Origin: Heterodontus francisci
Lineage: Eukaryota
DNA length: 64,000 nt
Direction of reading: 5' to 3'
Assembly: GCF_036365525.1 (NCBI RefSeq)
Contig: NC_090412.1
Span: 11,822,123-11,886,122, forward strand
The position numbers were made by a program, and so were the translations under genes. This document shows, one piece after another, positions 1 through 13,599 of the stretch. Positions within the stretch are counted from its first letter, which is position 1. The number at the start of each line of letters is the position of its first letter. Below the pieces are notes generated by a model. That model made no database searches and was not told where the DNA came from. It worked only from the letters and a program-made list of their open reading frames with translations.

Positions 1-580
1 TCCTGCTCAGTGCTCGCTTCATTGAAGGTTAGAACACTCTATGAAAAAAAAATATGTGCAGAGTACTGTATGAAAGCAATTTATTACTGTTGTTATTATA
101 GTGTGCTACTGAATCATCCAAGATGGCCCAGTTTTGGTCACTGCTCAATGCAGGAGCAGCTGATTTCAGCTAAGGCTCGATTACAATCGGCATCACTTTC
201 CCTGTGTTAGGGAGGGTTAAATCAGTCAGGGTTCTTCATTTTTCTAATGCTGAAGTGAATAATATGAGTATGGCAAACAGATGAAGCTAGGATCTGTCTC
301 AGCTCTCATGATCCCTGCCCTTTACACTAGAATAACCTGCTGCTCGGCATTGCCTGGGTCCAAATTTGAAAATGACTATTTGCACACGATACAGAAGGAC
401 TAGGAGCACTTATAGACAGACCCTCTTCGCATGAGGCAGTCTTCAAGAGAAGACAGGAGAAAAATGGAGCAACAAATAAATAGACAAGTGGCCATGTTGC
501 CTTCTGTCATCTTATAAACTTGCTAAATTATTTTCTAGGTTGTAGAGAATAATTAAACAAAGGATTTTCTTTACTTTCAG

Positions 581-1053
581 GACTGTGCTGTGTAACAACC
601 CAGAAATGACCCTGATTCCAAACAATATTCCAGCTGAAACTTTAAAACTGGTGATTGAGAAAACATTAATCAGGCAAGTTCCCACACAAGCTTTTTCTTC
701 TGTCTCCAGTCTGGAGTGCCTTTGGCTGTCTTGTAACTCCATCAGCAGCTTTAATGAGGAGAGTCTGCAGGGCCTGATCACACTGAGGGAACTTCATCTG
801 GATGGCAATGCCCTTTCAACCTTTCCATGGGAAGCCCTTTCCTACTTGCCACAACTCTGGCTCCTCGATTTACATGGCAATGTCCTTCGATCATTCCCCA
901 CCCAAGCAGCCAGTTACTTCAGAAACATCACCTACCTGGATTTATCGGATAACAGGCTGACCACACTGTCCTCCAAAGTGATCTCAACATGGCTGACTGC
1001 TCCAAAGGTGACTATTACAACTTCATCGACTGACAAATCAAAATTTATCGTAG
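581..1053 (+). CDS. LRIT1: LRIT1 internal coding exon (LRR repeats); exon 1 lies upstream of the window
   Basis: Acceptor tttcag|G at 580/581 and donor G|gtaagc at 1053/1054. Encodes TVLCNNPEMTLIP...LECLWLSCNSI...LRELHLDGNAL...ITYLDLSDNRL, typical LRIT1 LRRs. Phase is compatible with the next exon. Confidence 0.92.
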
Positions 1054-1336
1054 GTAAGCATAAAGAACATTGGTTCTTTCTCAACTGTGTTGTTTGCTGG
1101 AATCATTTGTAAACAAATCCATCAATAATTTGCTATCCAAATGAAAGGTAGATTTTTAGCTGAATTATTGTCACAAAACTCCACTAAAGTAATATATTTG
1201 GATTGGTGATTAATTTCTTGCTAAGTTAGCAATTTTGGAGAAAGCTGCCATTTCACATATAACAGAAATGTACTATTCTCATGTTACATACTCTGTTCAA
1301 ACTTTTCAGCATAATAAATGTCTCTCTACTATCTTA

Positions 1337-2611
1337 GAGTCATCGAATCGTACAGCATAGAAACAGGCCCTTCGGCCCATCGCGTCCATGCCGACCATAA
1401 TGCCTATCTACACTAATCCCACCTGCCTGCATTAATTCCATATCTCTCTATGCCTTGCTCATTCAAGTACCTGTCCAGATGCCTCTTAAATGTTGCTACT
1501 GTTCCTGCCTCCACCACCTCCTCTGGCAGCTCATTCCAGATACCCACTGTTCTTTGTGTGAAAAATGTACCTCTTTGATCCCCTTTAAACCTCCTCCCTC
1601 TCACCTTAAATCTATGCCCTCTAGTTTTAGTCACCCCTACCATGGGAAACAGACTCTGGCTATCTATTCTATCTATGCCTCTCATAATTTTATATACCTC
1701 TATCATGTCCCCTCTCAACCTCCTTCACTCCAGGGAAAACAGACCCAGCCTATCCAATCTCTCTTTATAACACAAGCCCTCCAAACCAGGCAATGTCCTT
1801 GTGAATCTTTGCTGCACCCTCTCTAGCTTAATCACATCTTTCCTGTACTGCGGCGACCAGAACTGCACACAGAACTCCAAATGCAGCCTAACCAACATTA
1901 TGTACAACTGCAACATGACATCCCAACTCTGATATTCAATGCCTCAGCCGATGAAGGCAAGTATGCCATATGCCTTCTTCACCATCCTGTCTACCTGTGT
2001 TGCTACTTTCAGGGAACTATGTTCTTGCACCCCAAGGTCTCTCTGCTCAACAACACTCCCCAGGGCCCTGCCATTCACTGTATATGTCCTGCCCTGGTTT
2101 AACTTCCCAAAATGCATCACTTCGCACTTGTCTGCGTTAAATTCCATTTGCCACTCCTTTGCCCACTTTTCCAGTTGATCTATATCCTGTTGTAACTTTA
2201 GACAACCTTCTTCACTGTCCACTATACCACCAATTTTGGTGTCATCTGCAAACTTCCTAATCATGCCCCCTACATTCACATCCAAAACATTAGTATATAT
2301 AACAAACAACAGAGGGACCAGCACAGATCCCTGCGGCACACCACTGGTCACCCGCCTCCAATCTGAAAAACAACCCTCCACTACCACCCTCTGCCTCCTA
2401 TCACCAGGCCAATTTTGTATCCAATTGGCTAGCTCACCCTGGATCCCATGTGTTCGAACCTTCTGGACCAGCCTACCATTCGAGACCTTGTCAAAGGCCT
2501 TGCTAAAGTCCATGTAGACAATGTCCACCGCCCTGTCCTCGACAATCCTCTTGGTCACCTCCTCAAAAAACTCAAATAAATTTGTGAGATATGATTTCCC
2601 ATGCACAAAGC
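1337..2611 (-). mobile_element. 5'-truncated CR1-type LINE in a LRIT1 intron
   Basis: RT fragments VYMDFSKAFDKV, SGVPQGSVL, KFADDTK and C-terminal RGHRFKVRG...FFTQR..IWNELP, followed by a CR1 3' UTR; in-frame stops present. Confidence 0.93.
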
Positions 2612-4275
2612 CATTGTCTCCTCAACTTAGCTGCTTTGAATTACTTGACTTTGGCCTGCTTTGGTTAAACTTGTTTCTTGCTAAACTCACTAAACTATCT
2701 TCATGTTAATAAGTTTTAAAGAACTCTTCAACATTTTAACAAGTAAGTTCATATTCGACAACTCCAACCTCCTGTTCGGTGAAATCATTACTCTTGACAA
2801 CTTTTGTATTTATCGCCAGCACTGGCTCCACTTCCCCTCTGCTACTCATAACATTATCCCGAATGACCTTGAATAACTTGTCACTCAACCTGGCTATATC
2901 CCCTGACAGTTCTGATAATTCAACTAATCTCTTGGATCTTTCCCTCACCTACAATCCCAATTCCTAACCTGTATTTGTCACCTCACCACTGCACTATTGC
3001 AGTACCTATGTCAGAGTAACCTATAGTAAATCTTTGTACTTTGTAGTTTGTCCCTGTCTTGGTGATAATTTTCAATTTTGCCATCTGGACAGTATCTGAC
3101 AAACAGATCATTGGCCCATTGTAAACTGTGCCTGACTTTGGTTCTATTGACTTCAATAACTAACTCATTGCTCAACCTACCTGCATCCCTGATAGTCCCA
3201 GTTATTCAATTAATCTCCTAAATCTTTTCTGATAATTATTTGCTACCTTTCCCTGATTTATTGCTACTTTAAGTTGTCCTATTTAAACCCAATTGGCCTG
3301 CTGCAAAAAGATCACAAAAAAGTCATTGACTTATGTTTGAACAGGTATTATTTAAAGGTCAGACAGTCAGAATGAATTAAATATTACAATAGCTTAAATT
3401 CATGTTTGGAGATCAAAACCAAATAATACTTGTTTGGATATAGATCATCTTATTTGCTGTTGTCTTATTACCTGAAGATAGTTACCATATCTCTATTAAC
3501 TAAAAGTTTTAACTTATTGCTGCTGCAATGGAATTTGAATTGGAAGTTATTATTGTATTAGTCAAAAGTGGTGTCAAAACAAATCTGAGTTGTCACATTG
3601 TTGGTACTGTGTTCATTCATAGCTTATTAGCAAGGGCAAACCAAGTTAAAAAATGATACTGCTGCAATGCAAAATAATAGAATATTATGGACCCTAATTT
3701 CTTAATTATGGTTCAGACCACACTGAAGAACCTACCAGCGACGTTTTCAATTGTTGGTTAAAAAAACACTGTACTGCAATATTAATATGCTTTCGCATAC
3801 AGTACAACCATTGCTGACATTTACCACACAATAAATTAAGAGTGTGAATAAGTTAATGTAATTTTCCAGTACAATTTTATCACAATATTTAATTTTTGAA
3901 GTATCTGTCTCAAATAGAAGAGGCGATATAGATGTAAAATTAGTTAAAGCCACACGCTTTTCTGTCAAAGATTGCTGTGACGGCACCTGAAAGCAAATTA
4001 ATATTGTAATACCAATAATTAAACACAGTGTGGTTGCAAGCATCAGCTTGTATATTCATGTAGCATTTTGGCTGCATCACCGATTAATTTTGCTATATTC
4101 AGGAACAGATACTGCTACATGAACAAAGGGGATCGTTTTAACTTTTTTCTTAATCCTTTTAAATTTCAGGGTAACGCAACTTCCTTCTCAGAAATATCCT
4201 TCTATTGTGTTATATAGGATATAGAATAATTTATCCAGAAAGGCCACCGGCTTAATATCTTGCATGTGCTGAGTT

Positions 4276-4648
4276 TAAAGGCCGGCTCGGGTCTGCAAAT
4301 GAAACCCAACCAAGCCCAACAGAACCACATCCAACCCCAAGCCTGGCCCGGCCCGAGTCCTTTCATTTTTTCCCACCCCCGACCTGGCCATCAGTTAACC
4401 TACCTTCCATTTTTCACTTTTTGTTGCTTATCTGCACAAGCTTAAAATAACTGTAACAAAACCACCTTTCAAGTCCAAAAAGTACTTTAACATTGGAGCC
4501 ACTTACCGGAGGTGGTGATACAGCGTGTCCAACCCGGCCTGGCCCGACCCGAGCCTGAATGCCGGACCCGGAAGTGCGACCTAACCTAACCCGAACCCGA
4601 CACATGTCGTCGGGTCCCATCAAGTTCAGGTCAGGTAGCCGGCCTTTA
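4276..4648. mobile_element. hAT-like MITE
   Basis: 12-bp TIR taaaggccggct (4276-4287) / agccggccttta (4637-4648). 8-bp TSD gctgagtt / gctaagtt (1 mismatch). Internal CCCGA/ACCCG repeats. Confidence 0.75.
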
Positions 4649-5092
4649 GCTAAGTTAGCCAATCTCAGGTAGCGTAGCAATGAGAACGCGACAACTGGGC
4701 ATGGCTTTCCCAGCCAGGGCAAATGTCAGCCGGGGTTCCTGCTCCTAATCAGTGTTCAATGTTGGAAAATGTACATATGCATGTCAGGTGAGGATGTGAT
4801 GCCCTCCAGAGTGTAATAGTTTACTGAAGCTTACTGCATGACAACTGATTAATCCCTTGGGTTACCAGGTACCAGATACTTTTTGAACCATTCTCTAAGA
4901 TAATAACTCATATCAAACTTCAGAAAAGAGCTGAAAACTGTGGTGGGGGTGACTGGAAGAGTGTGGAATCTGGAATTAGAGTGTACATATAGTATTTTTA
5001 AATAAATGTATATTAAAATGGAAGGATTTATATCCAACAATTTTGTAATCCTTTCACCTCAACAAAATATGCAAACATGTTCCTATCAACAG

Positions 5093-5398
5093 GACTACAC
5101 GACAATCCTTGGAAATGTGACTGTAGATTGTCAGAACTAGTTCATTTTGTTAAGATGCACAATCCAACTACAGCATTGATGAACCCTGGATTGACATGCT
5201 CTGGGCCAGAAAACCTCTCGGGAACTCTATTCAGCAACATCGAGCTAAAAAAGTGCCAGAGTCCTACTATTCACCCTGCAGAAGCTGAAGCGACTACAGT
5301 CGTGGGGAGCACTGTCTTGCTGCATTGTGTGGCTACAGGGGTTCCCATCCCCAACGTCAGCTGGAGTAGACTGGATAATATCCTGCTGAATGGTATAG
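5093..5398 (+). CDS. LRIT1: LRIT1 coding exon (LRRCT + first half of Ig domain)
   Basis: Acceptor caacag|GA at 5092/5093 and donor G|gtaggt at 5398/5399 (306 bp, phase 1-1). Encodes GLHDNPWKCDCRL...CSGPENLSG...VLLHCVATGVPIPNVSW. Confidence 0.92.
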
Positions 5399-6602
5399 GT
5401 AGGTTTTTGGTCAAATAAGGTCATTTTTTTAACTTTTAAAGCATACTAAAGAAACAGCAAGCTACAATATGTAATAACTGTTATTTACTTACACTCATTC
5501 TCAATAAACTTAGTGATTACACCCTTCATTGAGCCTTCACTGAGGATGTCAACACATTGATTATAGCCAGCAGACCTGATGAAAAAATACGGATCAAGAA
5601 TAGATCTTATGAACCATATGGGCACTTGACTGCAACCACTAGAGAATAATCTAATTTTAGATAATTTTAAAACATTCAAGTTTGCTGCTATGGTTTAATA
5701 ACTTTTGATCCCCATAATTAAATCACTGTCTTATAACCACAACCAATATTATTGCATAATCTATGTGTTTTACATGTCCATAAATGGTGCTTTACTTTTA
5801 AAGTTTACTTCAAACTATTGCTAAGAAGCAAATGTTTAATTCAACTGTTCCTAATAGGCTTTTCTTTTACTTAAAACTTTGACATTTCAATATGTTCTAG
5901 GATTAAGCCAATTAAATAGGACTAAGGATTGTAATTTAGCGTAGAACATATGAACAGGAGTAGGGCATTTAGCCCCTCGAGCCTGTTCGGCCATTCAATT
6001 AGATCACAACTGATCTGTATCTTAACTCCATCTACCTGTCTGGGTTCTTTAACCCTTAATTCTCTTGCCAAACAAAAGCTTATCGATAGATTTCCCAGTA
6101 TAATTTGCCTGTAATATTTTGTGAAACATGCCAGCTGTGGCAAATGATCATGGCCTTGAAATACCGTTGTGCAATACAACAAACATTAATTTGAAATATA
6201 TCTTGTCTGTTATTTTTAGTTGCCTGCTTAAGCTGTCTTTTTAAGGCCATTGTTCAAGAACTCCTCATGGGAAAGTGGTCTTAGGAGGTAAAGCTAAGTC
6301 ATTGTAACTTCTCAGAAATTTGTGAAGTCAATCAAAGAGCAATTGTAACTTGTAAATTCCAGGCTTCAAGTCAGAAGAATCCATCATGAAGTGAATGTCA
6401 TTTTCTCTCTTTTTTGAGATTGTTTTGCATCCAAAAAGGAGAGTTACAAGGTTCGTTGGACAATTTCTACATACAAAACTGGTAGATGAGGAAGAACAGT
6501 AGGCACATTTGAATGGCTTTAATTTTTAATATAAAAACAACCGTGTTAGGAACTCCTGTCCCAAATATTATCTGGTGTTTTGCAATCGTTTGTGTTTTAC
6601 AG

Positions 6603-7687
6603 TGATACTGGACAATTCTGACGAGAGATTAAAGTGGTCTACACTCAGTCTATCAGCTGTATCCTATCAGGATTCTGGTGAATATTTGTGCAGAGCCAAT
6701 AATTTGGTGGGTACATCAAATGCTTCGATTTCCCTTCTCGTGGTGAACTCTGCTGTTACATTGGTACCGATCAAAAGCACATCCAAAAGAATGTATGTCA
6801 GAAACATGAGGAATCAAAAGGCTGCAGTATATAAACAGAAGCTGATGACCAGGTATGTGAGTACCCTGACCACCACGGTGTCACCAAGGAGCTCCTATGT
6901 TATAGGTAGGACAGATTACTTTCTCATGCGTCATCAGCAGATTAAGTCAAATGAAGATGCGTCAGAAATCGTTTCACAGAGTATGAATCCTCCCAAAGTT
7001 AGTGGCTTGTTGCAAAATCGAAGAAGTGCTGACGATCCCAAAAATATTACATCCAGTCCTTCTTCAACACCACCAGAACCAGACTGTCTGGTCAGAACTG
7101 TAAGAGTTATAGGGGGCACCTATCATAGCGTTTCCCTGGCTTGGAGATCCCCTAAGGCTACAAACATCACCATTTTTAGTATTCTATATACTACTTTTGG
7201 TGAAAGGGACATGCGCAGAATAAATGTGGGTCCTGGAAAGACAAAATTCACCATTGATGGTTTAATGCCACAGACCAAATACATCGTTTGCATTTGTATC
7301 AAAGGACTCATGCCCAGGAAAGAGCAGTGTGTGATTTTCTCCACAGATGAGGTGGCGAATGCAAGTGGGACACAGAAACTAATTAATGTGGTGGTGATCA
7401 CTGTGGCCTGTGTGATTGTGGTCCCTCTCACCCTCATTGTCTGCTGTGGGGCCCTGAAGAGGCGCTGCAGGAAGTTTTTGTTTAAGCCCCCGGAAGAGGA
7501 CTACCAAAACGACTCGTATGTCACATTTGAAAGCCTGACAACAGGGCCCAAACCCAATGGCAGTGAAGGAGAGTATCTGACCCGCCACATTAAGGATGAG
7601 TCTAATAGACTTCTGTCACCGAGGTCCAGTTTAGATTCTGAAGAAGCAACAAACAGTGAAGTACAACAGAATGAATATTTCTGCTGA
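6603..7687 (+). CDS. LRIT1: LRIT1 last coding exon (Ig end, stalk, FN3, TM, cytoplasmic tail)
   Basis: Acceptor ttttacag|TG at 6602/6603. Contains DSGEYLCRANNLVG, FN3 (VRTVRVIG...KYIVCICIKGL), TM LINVVVITVACVIVVPLTLIVCCG and C-terminal NEYFC*, characteristic of LRIT1. Confidence 0.93.
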
Positions 7688-8269
7688 TTGATTCATAACC
7701 ATTTGGATCAATCAAATCTGCTCATCAAACTAGAAACATATTTTAAAAATAACAAGCTCCTCACCATTTCTCCTGCAAAACTAACAGTTAGACCAGTCAA
7801 ATCTGACCCCCATCCTTCAGCAGCTCAATAAGACTGTTTAAGGCAACAATAAACCATGTTTCTTGGACTCTTCTTGAAGGCAATATAATTTGAAAGAAAT
7901 TTGAAGAATGGTGCACCAGTTGGTATTATGATCACTTTCACCATAGGCTGTGGAAATGTACAACTATAAATCTCATATTACAACTCAGTCAGTATTTTTG
8001 GGTTTTCTTTTAACATCGACAAGAACGTCATCTCCAGAAAATTAAACACTTTCCATTTCAGGCACCACGCATTTCCAGTCAGATCAAACACAGCCAGAAG
8101 CAAAGCAAAACTTCTTCCAATTTGCTCCAACACTGTACTTCTGCCTCAACCTCAACCTCAGTCAGCACTGCCACCTGCACCATATGACTTTTTCCATTTC
8201 CCACACCAACCATCCTCGGACCTGCCTGAAAAATGTTTCCAATTAGCTGCAAATTAGGGATGGATATTT

Positions 8270-11200
8270 AAAAAATATATTCGGGGGATGTGGGTGTCAC
8301 TGGTTAGGCCTGCATTCATTGCCCATCTCTAATTGCCCTTGAGAAGATGGTGGTGAGCTGCCTTCTTGAACCGCTGCAGTCCTTGGTGTGTAGGTACACC
8401 CACAATGCTGTTAGCGAGGGAGTTCCAGAATCTTGATCCAACGACAGTGAAGGAATGGTGATATAGTTCCAAGTCAGGATGGTGTGTGGCTTAGAGGTGA
8501 ACTTGCAGATGGTGGTTTTCCCATGTATTTGCTGCCCTTGTCCTTGTAGGTGGTAGAGGTCACAGGTTTCAAAGGTACTGTCGAAGGAGCCTTGGTGAGT
8601 TGCTGCAGTGCATCTTGTAGATGGTACACACCGCTGCAACTGTGATGGAGGGAGTGAATGTTGAAGGTGGTGAATGCCAATCAAGTGGGCTGTTTTGTCC
8701 TGGATGGTGTTGAGCTTCTTGGCCGTTGTTGGAGCTGCACCCATCCAGGCAAGTGGAGAGTATTCCATCACACTCCTGACTTGTGCCTTGTAGATGGTGG
8801 ACAGGCACTGGGGAGACAGGAGGTGAGTTACTCACCACAGGATTATCAGTCTCTGACCTACTTTTGTAGCCTGCTCCAGTTCAGTTTCTGGTCAATGCTG
8901 ACCCCCAGGATGTTGATAGCAATGGTAATGCCATTGAACGTCAAGGGGAGATGGCTAGATTCTCTCTTGTTTGAGATAGTCATTGCCTGGCACTTGTGTG
9001 GTGCGAATGTGACTTGCCACTTATCAGCACACACCTAGATGTTGTCCAGATCTTGCTGCATATGGACATAGGTTGCTTCAGTATCTGAGGAGTCGCGAAT
9101 GGTGCTGAACATTGTGTAATCATCAGCAAACATCCCCACTTCTGACCTTATGATGGAGGGAAGGTCATTGAAGAAGCAGCTGAAGATGATTGGGCCTAGG
9201 ACACTACCCTGAGGAACTCCTGCAATGATGTCCTGGGACTGAGATGATTGACCTCCAACAACCACAACCATCTTTCTTTGTGTTAGATATGACTCCAACC
9301 AGTGGAGAGTATTCCCCCGATTCCCATAGACTCCATTTTGCTAGGGCTCCTTGATGCCAAACTCGGTCACATGCTGCCTTCATGACAAGATCAGTCACTC
9401 TCAATCCACCTCTGGAGTTCAGTTCTTTTGTCCATGTTGGGACCAAGGCTGTAATGAGGTCAGGAACTGAGTAGCCCTGGCAGAACCCAAACCGAGCATC
9501 AGTGAGCAGGTTATTGCTGAGCAAGTGTCACTTGATAGCACTGTTGACAACCCCTTCCATCACTTTGCTGATGATTAGGAATACATTGATAGGGTAGTAA
9601 TTGGCCAGGTTGGATTTGTCCTGCTTTGGAGTGCACAGGACATATCTAGGTTCCACATTGTCGGGTAGATGCCAACGTTGTAGCTGTACTGGAACAACTT
9701 TGCTAGGGGCACAGCTAGTTCTGGAGCACAAGCCTTCAGTAGTATTGCCGGAATGTTGTCAGCGCCCATTGCCTTTGCAGTATCCAGTGCCTTCATCCAT
9801 TTCTTGATATCACTTGGAGTGAATCGGATTGGCTGAAGACTGGCATCTGTGACGCTAGGAACCTCAGGAGGAGGCTGAGATGGATCATCCACTTGGCACT
9901 TCTGGCTTTTGCACTGATGTGCTGGGCTCCCCAATCATTGAGGATGGGGATATTTGTGGAGCCTCCTCCTCCTGTCAGTTGTTTAATTGTCCAGCGTCAT
10001 TCATGACTGGAGGTGGCAGGACTGCAGAACTTAGATCTGATCCGTTGGCTGTGGGATCGCTTAACCCTGTCTATTGCATTGTGCTTCTGCTGTTTGGCAT
10101 TCAGGTAGTCCTGTGTTGTAACTTCAACAGGCTGACACCTCGGACTGGATTTTAAGGAGCCGCCGACATCTGGATCTGTGGCGTGGTGGGGGGGGGGGGG
10201 GTTAGGGTTAGGGTTAGATGAACCCAGATGAGGCCTGCCATGGACCTCGACGCCAGTAGGGCCCGACCCTATCCTCCAGGCAGTAGAGAGGCACTGTGGC
10301 GGCCACCCCCGCCCCACCGGACCATAATCAAAGGCAAATGAATAAAATTAATAGATTTGCATGTACTTACCCTTAATCCTGATGAGCCTCTGTGATCTTC
10401 GGCCCGGTAGCTGGCACTCCCATGCCTTCGGATCCCTGTCCGGGGAAATGAGGTGCCACACTGGTGGGGATGGGGGAGGACGTAAGTTTATCAGTGCGAG
10501 ATGGGAGTGGATGGGATGGTGGGAAGGGTTGCATTTTAACCGTTGTGCAGTTTGGGGAGGGGGGAGGAGAGGTCCGATGGTAAACGTAAGTGTTTTGGGG
10601 GAAAGGGCAAATAATTAAGTTTATTGTCATTGGGGGGGGGGGCGGTGGTGGGAGAGGGGCCAAAGAAACGTATTTATTTGATTTCATTCAATCTGTCTTT
10701 AAATATTTAACTAAGACGGTAGGGCTGATTGCCTTTAAAAATGGCATCAGCACCTGCACATACGCAGCTGAGACCATTGCTGTGGAAGGACAGCCCGTCC
10801 CCGCCAAATGATCGGGGGGGGGCGGGGTAACGGCCCGCTCCAGCTATTTGAATGATCTGCTGAGTTTGAGATTGCGGCAGTTCTTTGGCATGCGGTGGGC
10901 GGGCCACCATTTTTAATGAAATCCAGCCCCTCATTTTTATCTGTGCCTGAGTGCTGCTCCTTGCATGCCCTCCTGCACTCTTCATTGACCCAGAGTTGGT
11001 TCTCCGGCTTGATGGTAATGGTAGAGTGGGGGATATGCCAGGCCATGAGGTTACAGATTATGGTCGAGTACAGTTCTGCTGCTGCTGATGGCCCACAGCA
11101 CCTCACGGGTGCCCAGTTTTGCATTGCTAGATCTCTTCGAATTTTCTCCCATTTGACACAGTGGTAGTGCTACACAACATGATGGTGGGTGGCCTCAGTG

Positions 11201-11390
11201 TGATGACGGGACTTTGTCTCCACAAGGACTGTGTGGTGGTCACTCCTACCAATACTGTCATGGACAGATGCATCTGCAACAGGTAGATTGGTGAGGACGA
11301 GGTCAAGTAGGTTTTTCCCTCTTGTTGGTTCCCTCGCCACCTGCCACAGTGCCAGTCTAGCAGCTGTGTCCTGTAGGCTGTAGGCTGAAT
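8270..11390 (-). mobile_element. Degenerate non-LTR retrotransposon (CR1/L2-group LINE; endonuclease end + RT), interrupted by a nested element
   Basis: Fragmented ORFs: PTRGKNLLDLVLTN...GRSDHHTV (APE), NYYPINVFLIISKVME, AGVPQGSVLGPIIF...NDLP...MFADD (RT). Its 11015-11390 portion is repeated at 24273 and 37531. Confidence 0.88.
10142..10929. mobile_element. Non-autonomous DNA element (PIF/Harbinger-like MITE) nested in the LINE
   Basis: TIR ggactggattt / aaatccagccc (11 bp, 1 mismatch) and 3-bp direct repeat ctc at 10139-10141 and 10930-10932. The LINE reads continuously when the insert is removed. Confidence 0.65.
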
Positions 11391-12264
11391 GGAGACGGCC
11401 AAAACACATTAGGACCCTGACAGTTAACAGACAAAGGGTGCTATCAACCCATCAATCTAAGTTGGATTTGAACCTGGAAGTGAAAGGCCAATCTCTAATC
11501 TTTTGCTTCCTCTTATACGTTAACATCTATTTTTATTCATTGCTCAGTGCATTTGGATGTCTTTCTGTGCACTGTAAGAAATAAGTACCTTGCAATGCAT
11601 CTTTCTTAAAATAGATACCATTTTGTTTCACATCACTCTATGATGTTATTTCTGTGTCACTTCCCATGTCTTGATTCAGAAGAGTGACAGACATTTTATG
11701 TAACAAAATGATCAGCACCAGTTTTTAATTTACCTTTGTATGTCTGTGGAATGACTATTGTGTATTTTACTTATGTTGTGAATCTCTGAGAATATAACAA
11801 TTAGGTAAATGGATGCTTTTCTACCAGCACTTATTGTTTTCCTTTTACACTTTTACATGAAGTTTAGTGTTGTCTCAATGAAAGGTATAATTTTAAAGAT
11901 GCATTTTGCAGGTTGGTCAGGACTTTTGAACATTTGCCACTCGGCCAACACACACATCACATCTGTACAGTAAGTGTCAGAATTCCAATAGTATCTGAAG
12001 GCAGTGTTCCTCTTGAACAAAATTTTATGCTCATTTATTACCAAGTGAAACATGGTGATTAAGGTCTTAAGGCAACTTTGTGCAGAACTAATGCTAGCTT
12101 GGCGAAAGCATTAATTGAGCAGATCCAACTAACTTAAACCATGTTACCTATTGCATCATGGTACAGGGAGTTCTCTATGATGATACCAGATTCAAACAGG
12201 ATCTTACATTTTGAGAGCAAACTAAAGTCTGCACATTGGAAGTGTTTTTTTCAATGTACTTCCG

Positions 12265-12685
12265 AACATGTCAACATAGGAACAGGAATGGCCCATTTAG
12301 TCCATCGAGCCTGTTCTGTCATTCAATGAGATCATGGGGGGTCGATCTTTGACCTAACTACACATACCTGCCTTTGCCTCATATCCCTTAATACCTTTGG
12401 TTAACAAAAATCTATCAACCTCAGATTTAAAATTAACAGCTGATCTAGCATCAATTGCCATTTGTGAAAGAGAGTTCCAAACTTCGACTAGCCTTTGTGT
12501 GAAAGAGTATTTCCAAATTTCACACCAGAAAGGTCGGGCTCTAATTTTTAGACTATGCATCTAGTCCTTGACTCCCCAACCAGCTGAAATGGTTTCTCTC
12601 TTTCTATCCTATCCATTCCCCTTAAAATCTTGAAAACTTCAATCAAATCACCCCTTAACTTTCTAAATACCAAGGAATACAATCC
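12265..12685 (-). mobile_element. Old CR1 3' fragment (copies at 25523-25943 and 38781-39201)
   Basis: HSLKIRARPF...SFTQRLVEVWNSL...FKSEVDRFL..KGIKGY, the CR1 ORF2 C-terminus. Confidence 0.75.
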
Positions 12686-13599
12686 TATAACAATGCATGA
12701 CAAATTGTATCAGGTAGTCGGTGTATATTAACATATTTGAGACATGGTGAAACTGGAGAAAATCAAGCCGCCTTCATGACTAAAATAATAGAGCATAACA
12801 AGTAACTAGACATTGCTAGAAGCTCTAAGGGAGATACAGTGAATGACTTTCATCAGATCCTAACCAGCAAGTATATGGTGTGCTGGGCGATAGTGATATT
12901 TTTCATTTTACTAAGTTTGATTATGGGCTGATTCCTCTTTCTGCAATCATGAAGCAGAATTGATGCTTCTCACCGACAACCCTGGATTATCACTGTAGAT
13001 GTTCCCAACTGAAGAAAGATACATGTTCTTATCTATAGAAGCTGCACTATAAATAACGTTTGTAAGACATTTATAACAAATTCCACCAGCTATCTGTAAA
13101 CTTTCCTAGCGTTTGTTATATATGTATGTATGGAAGACAAGGTAGTTAGGATTCAAATTTGTTCTTTGGTTCGTTCTCTAAAACCTTCCCAATAAATAGT
13201 TACATTCTCAAATTCACAAAAACTAGACAGATACTTTCAAGGAAGTTGAATGTAGGGTAATTTATTTTATGAAAGTTTTATAAACAATTATAGATGTATC
13301 TTGGTATTATGAAATATTCAGCACTGCTAGATCTAGACCTCCAAAAGCAGGGGACCATTATTAGGAATGCTGACTGCACATATTGGGAAATCATGGCTGC
13401 ACTCTGCTCAATACATTTCCCCAGCAATCCCCTAATAAGTGTTCACTGCTTCATCTTTTTAAGGTATTTCCTTGTTCACCTGTACATTTTATCTAAGTTA
13501 CCCACTGCCTTGAGCTTGTGTAGCAGTCTCTCATGTGGAACTTTTTCCAAGAGTTTTCTGAAGGCTATGTTTTATTGCTAAATCAGTAGGGTATAAATC

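Noticed and set aside
5393-5398. Alternative upstream donor G|gtatag for the LRIT1 exon
   Set aside because: Weaker than gtaggt at 5399, and the 306-bp exon fits the expected Ig alignment better. Minor use cannot be excluded.
10187-10217. Interstitial telomere or chromosome-fusion scar
   Set aside because: Fewer than three full TTAGGG units, inside a transposon-like insert, with no head-to-head arrangement.
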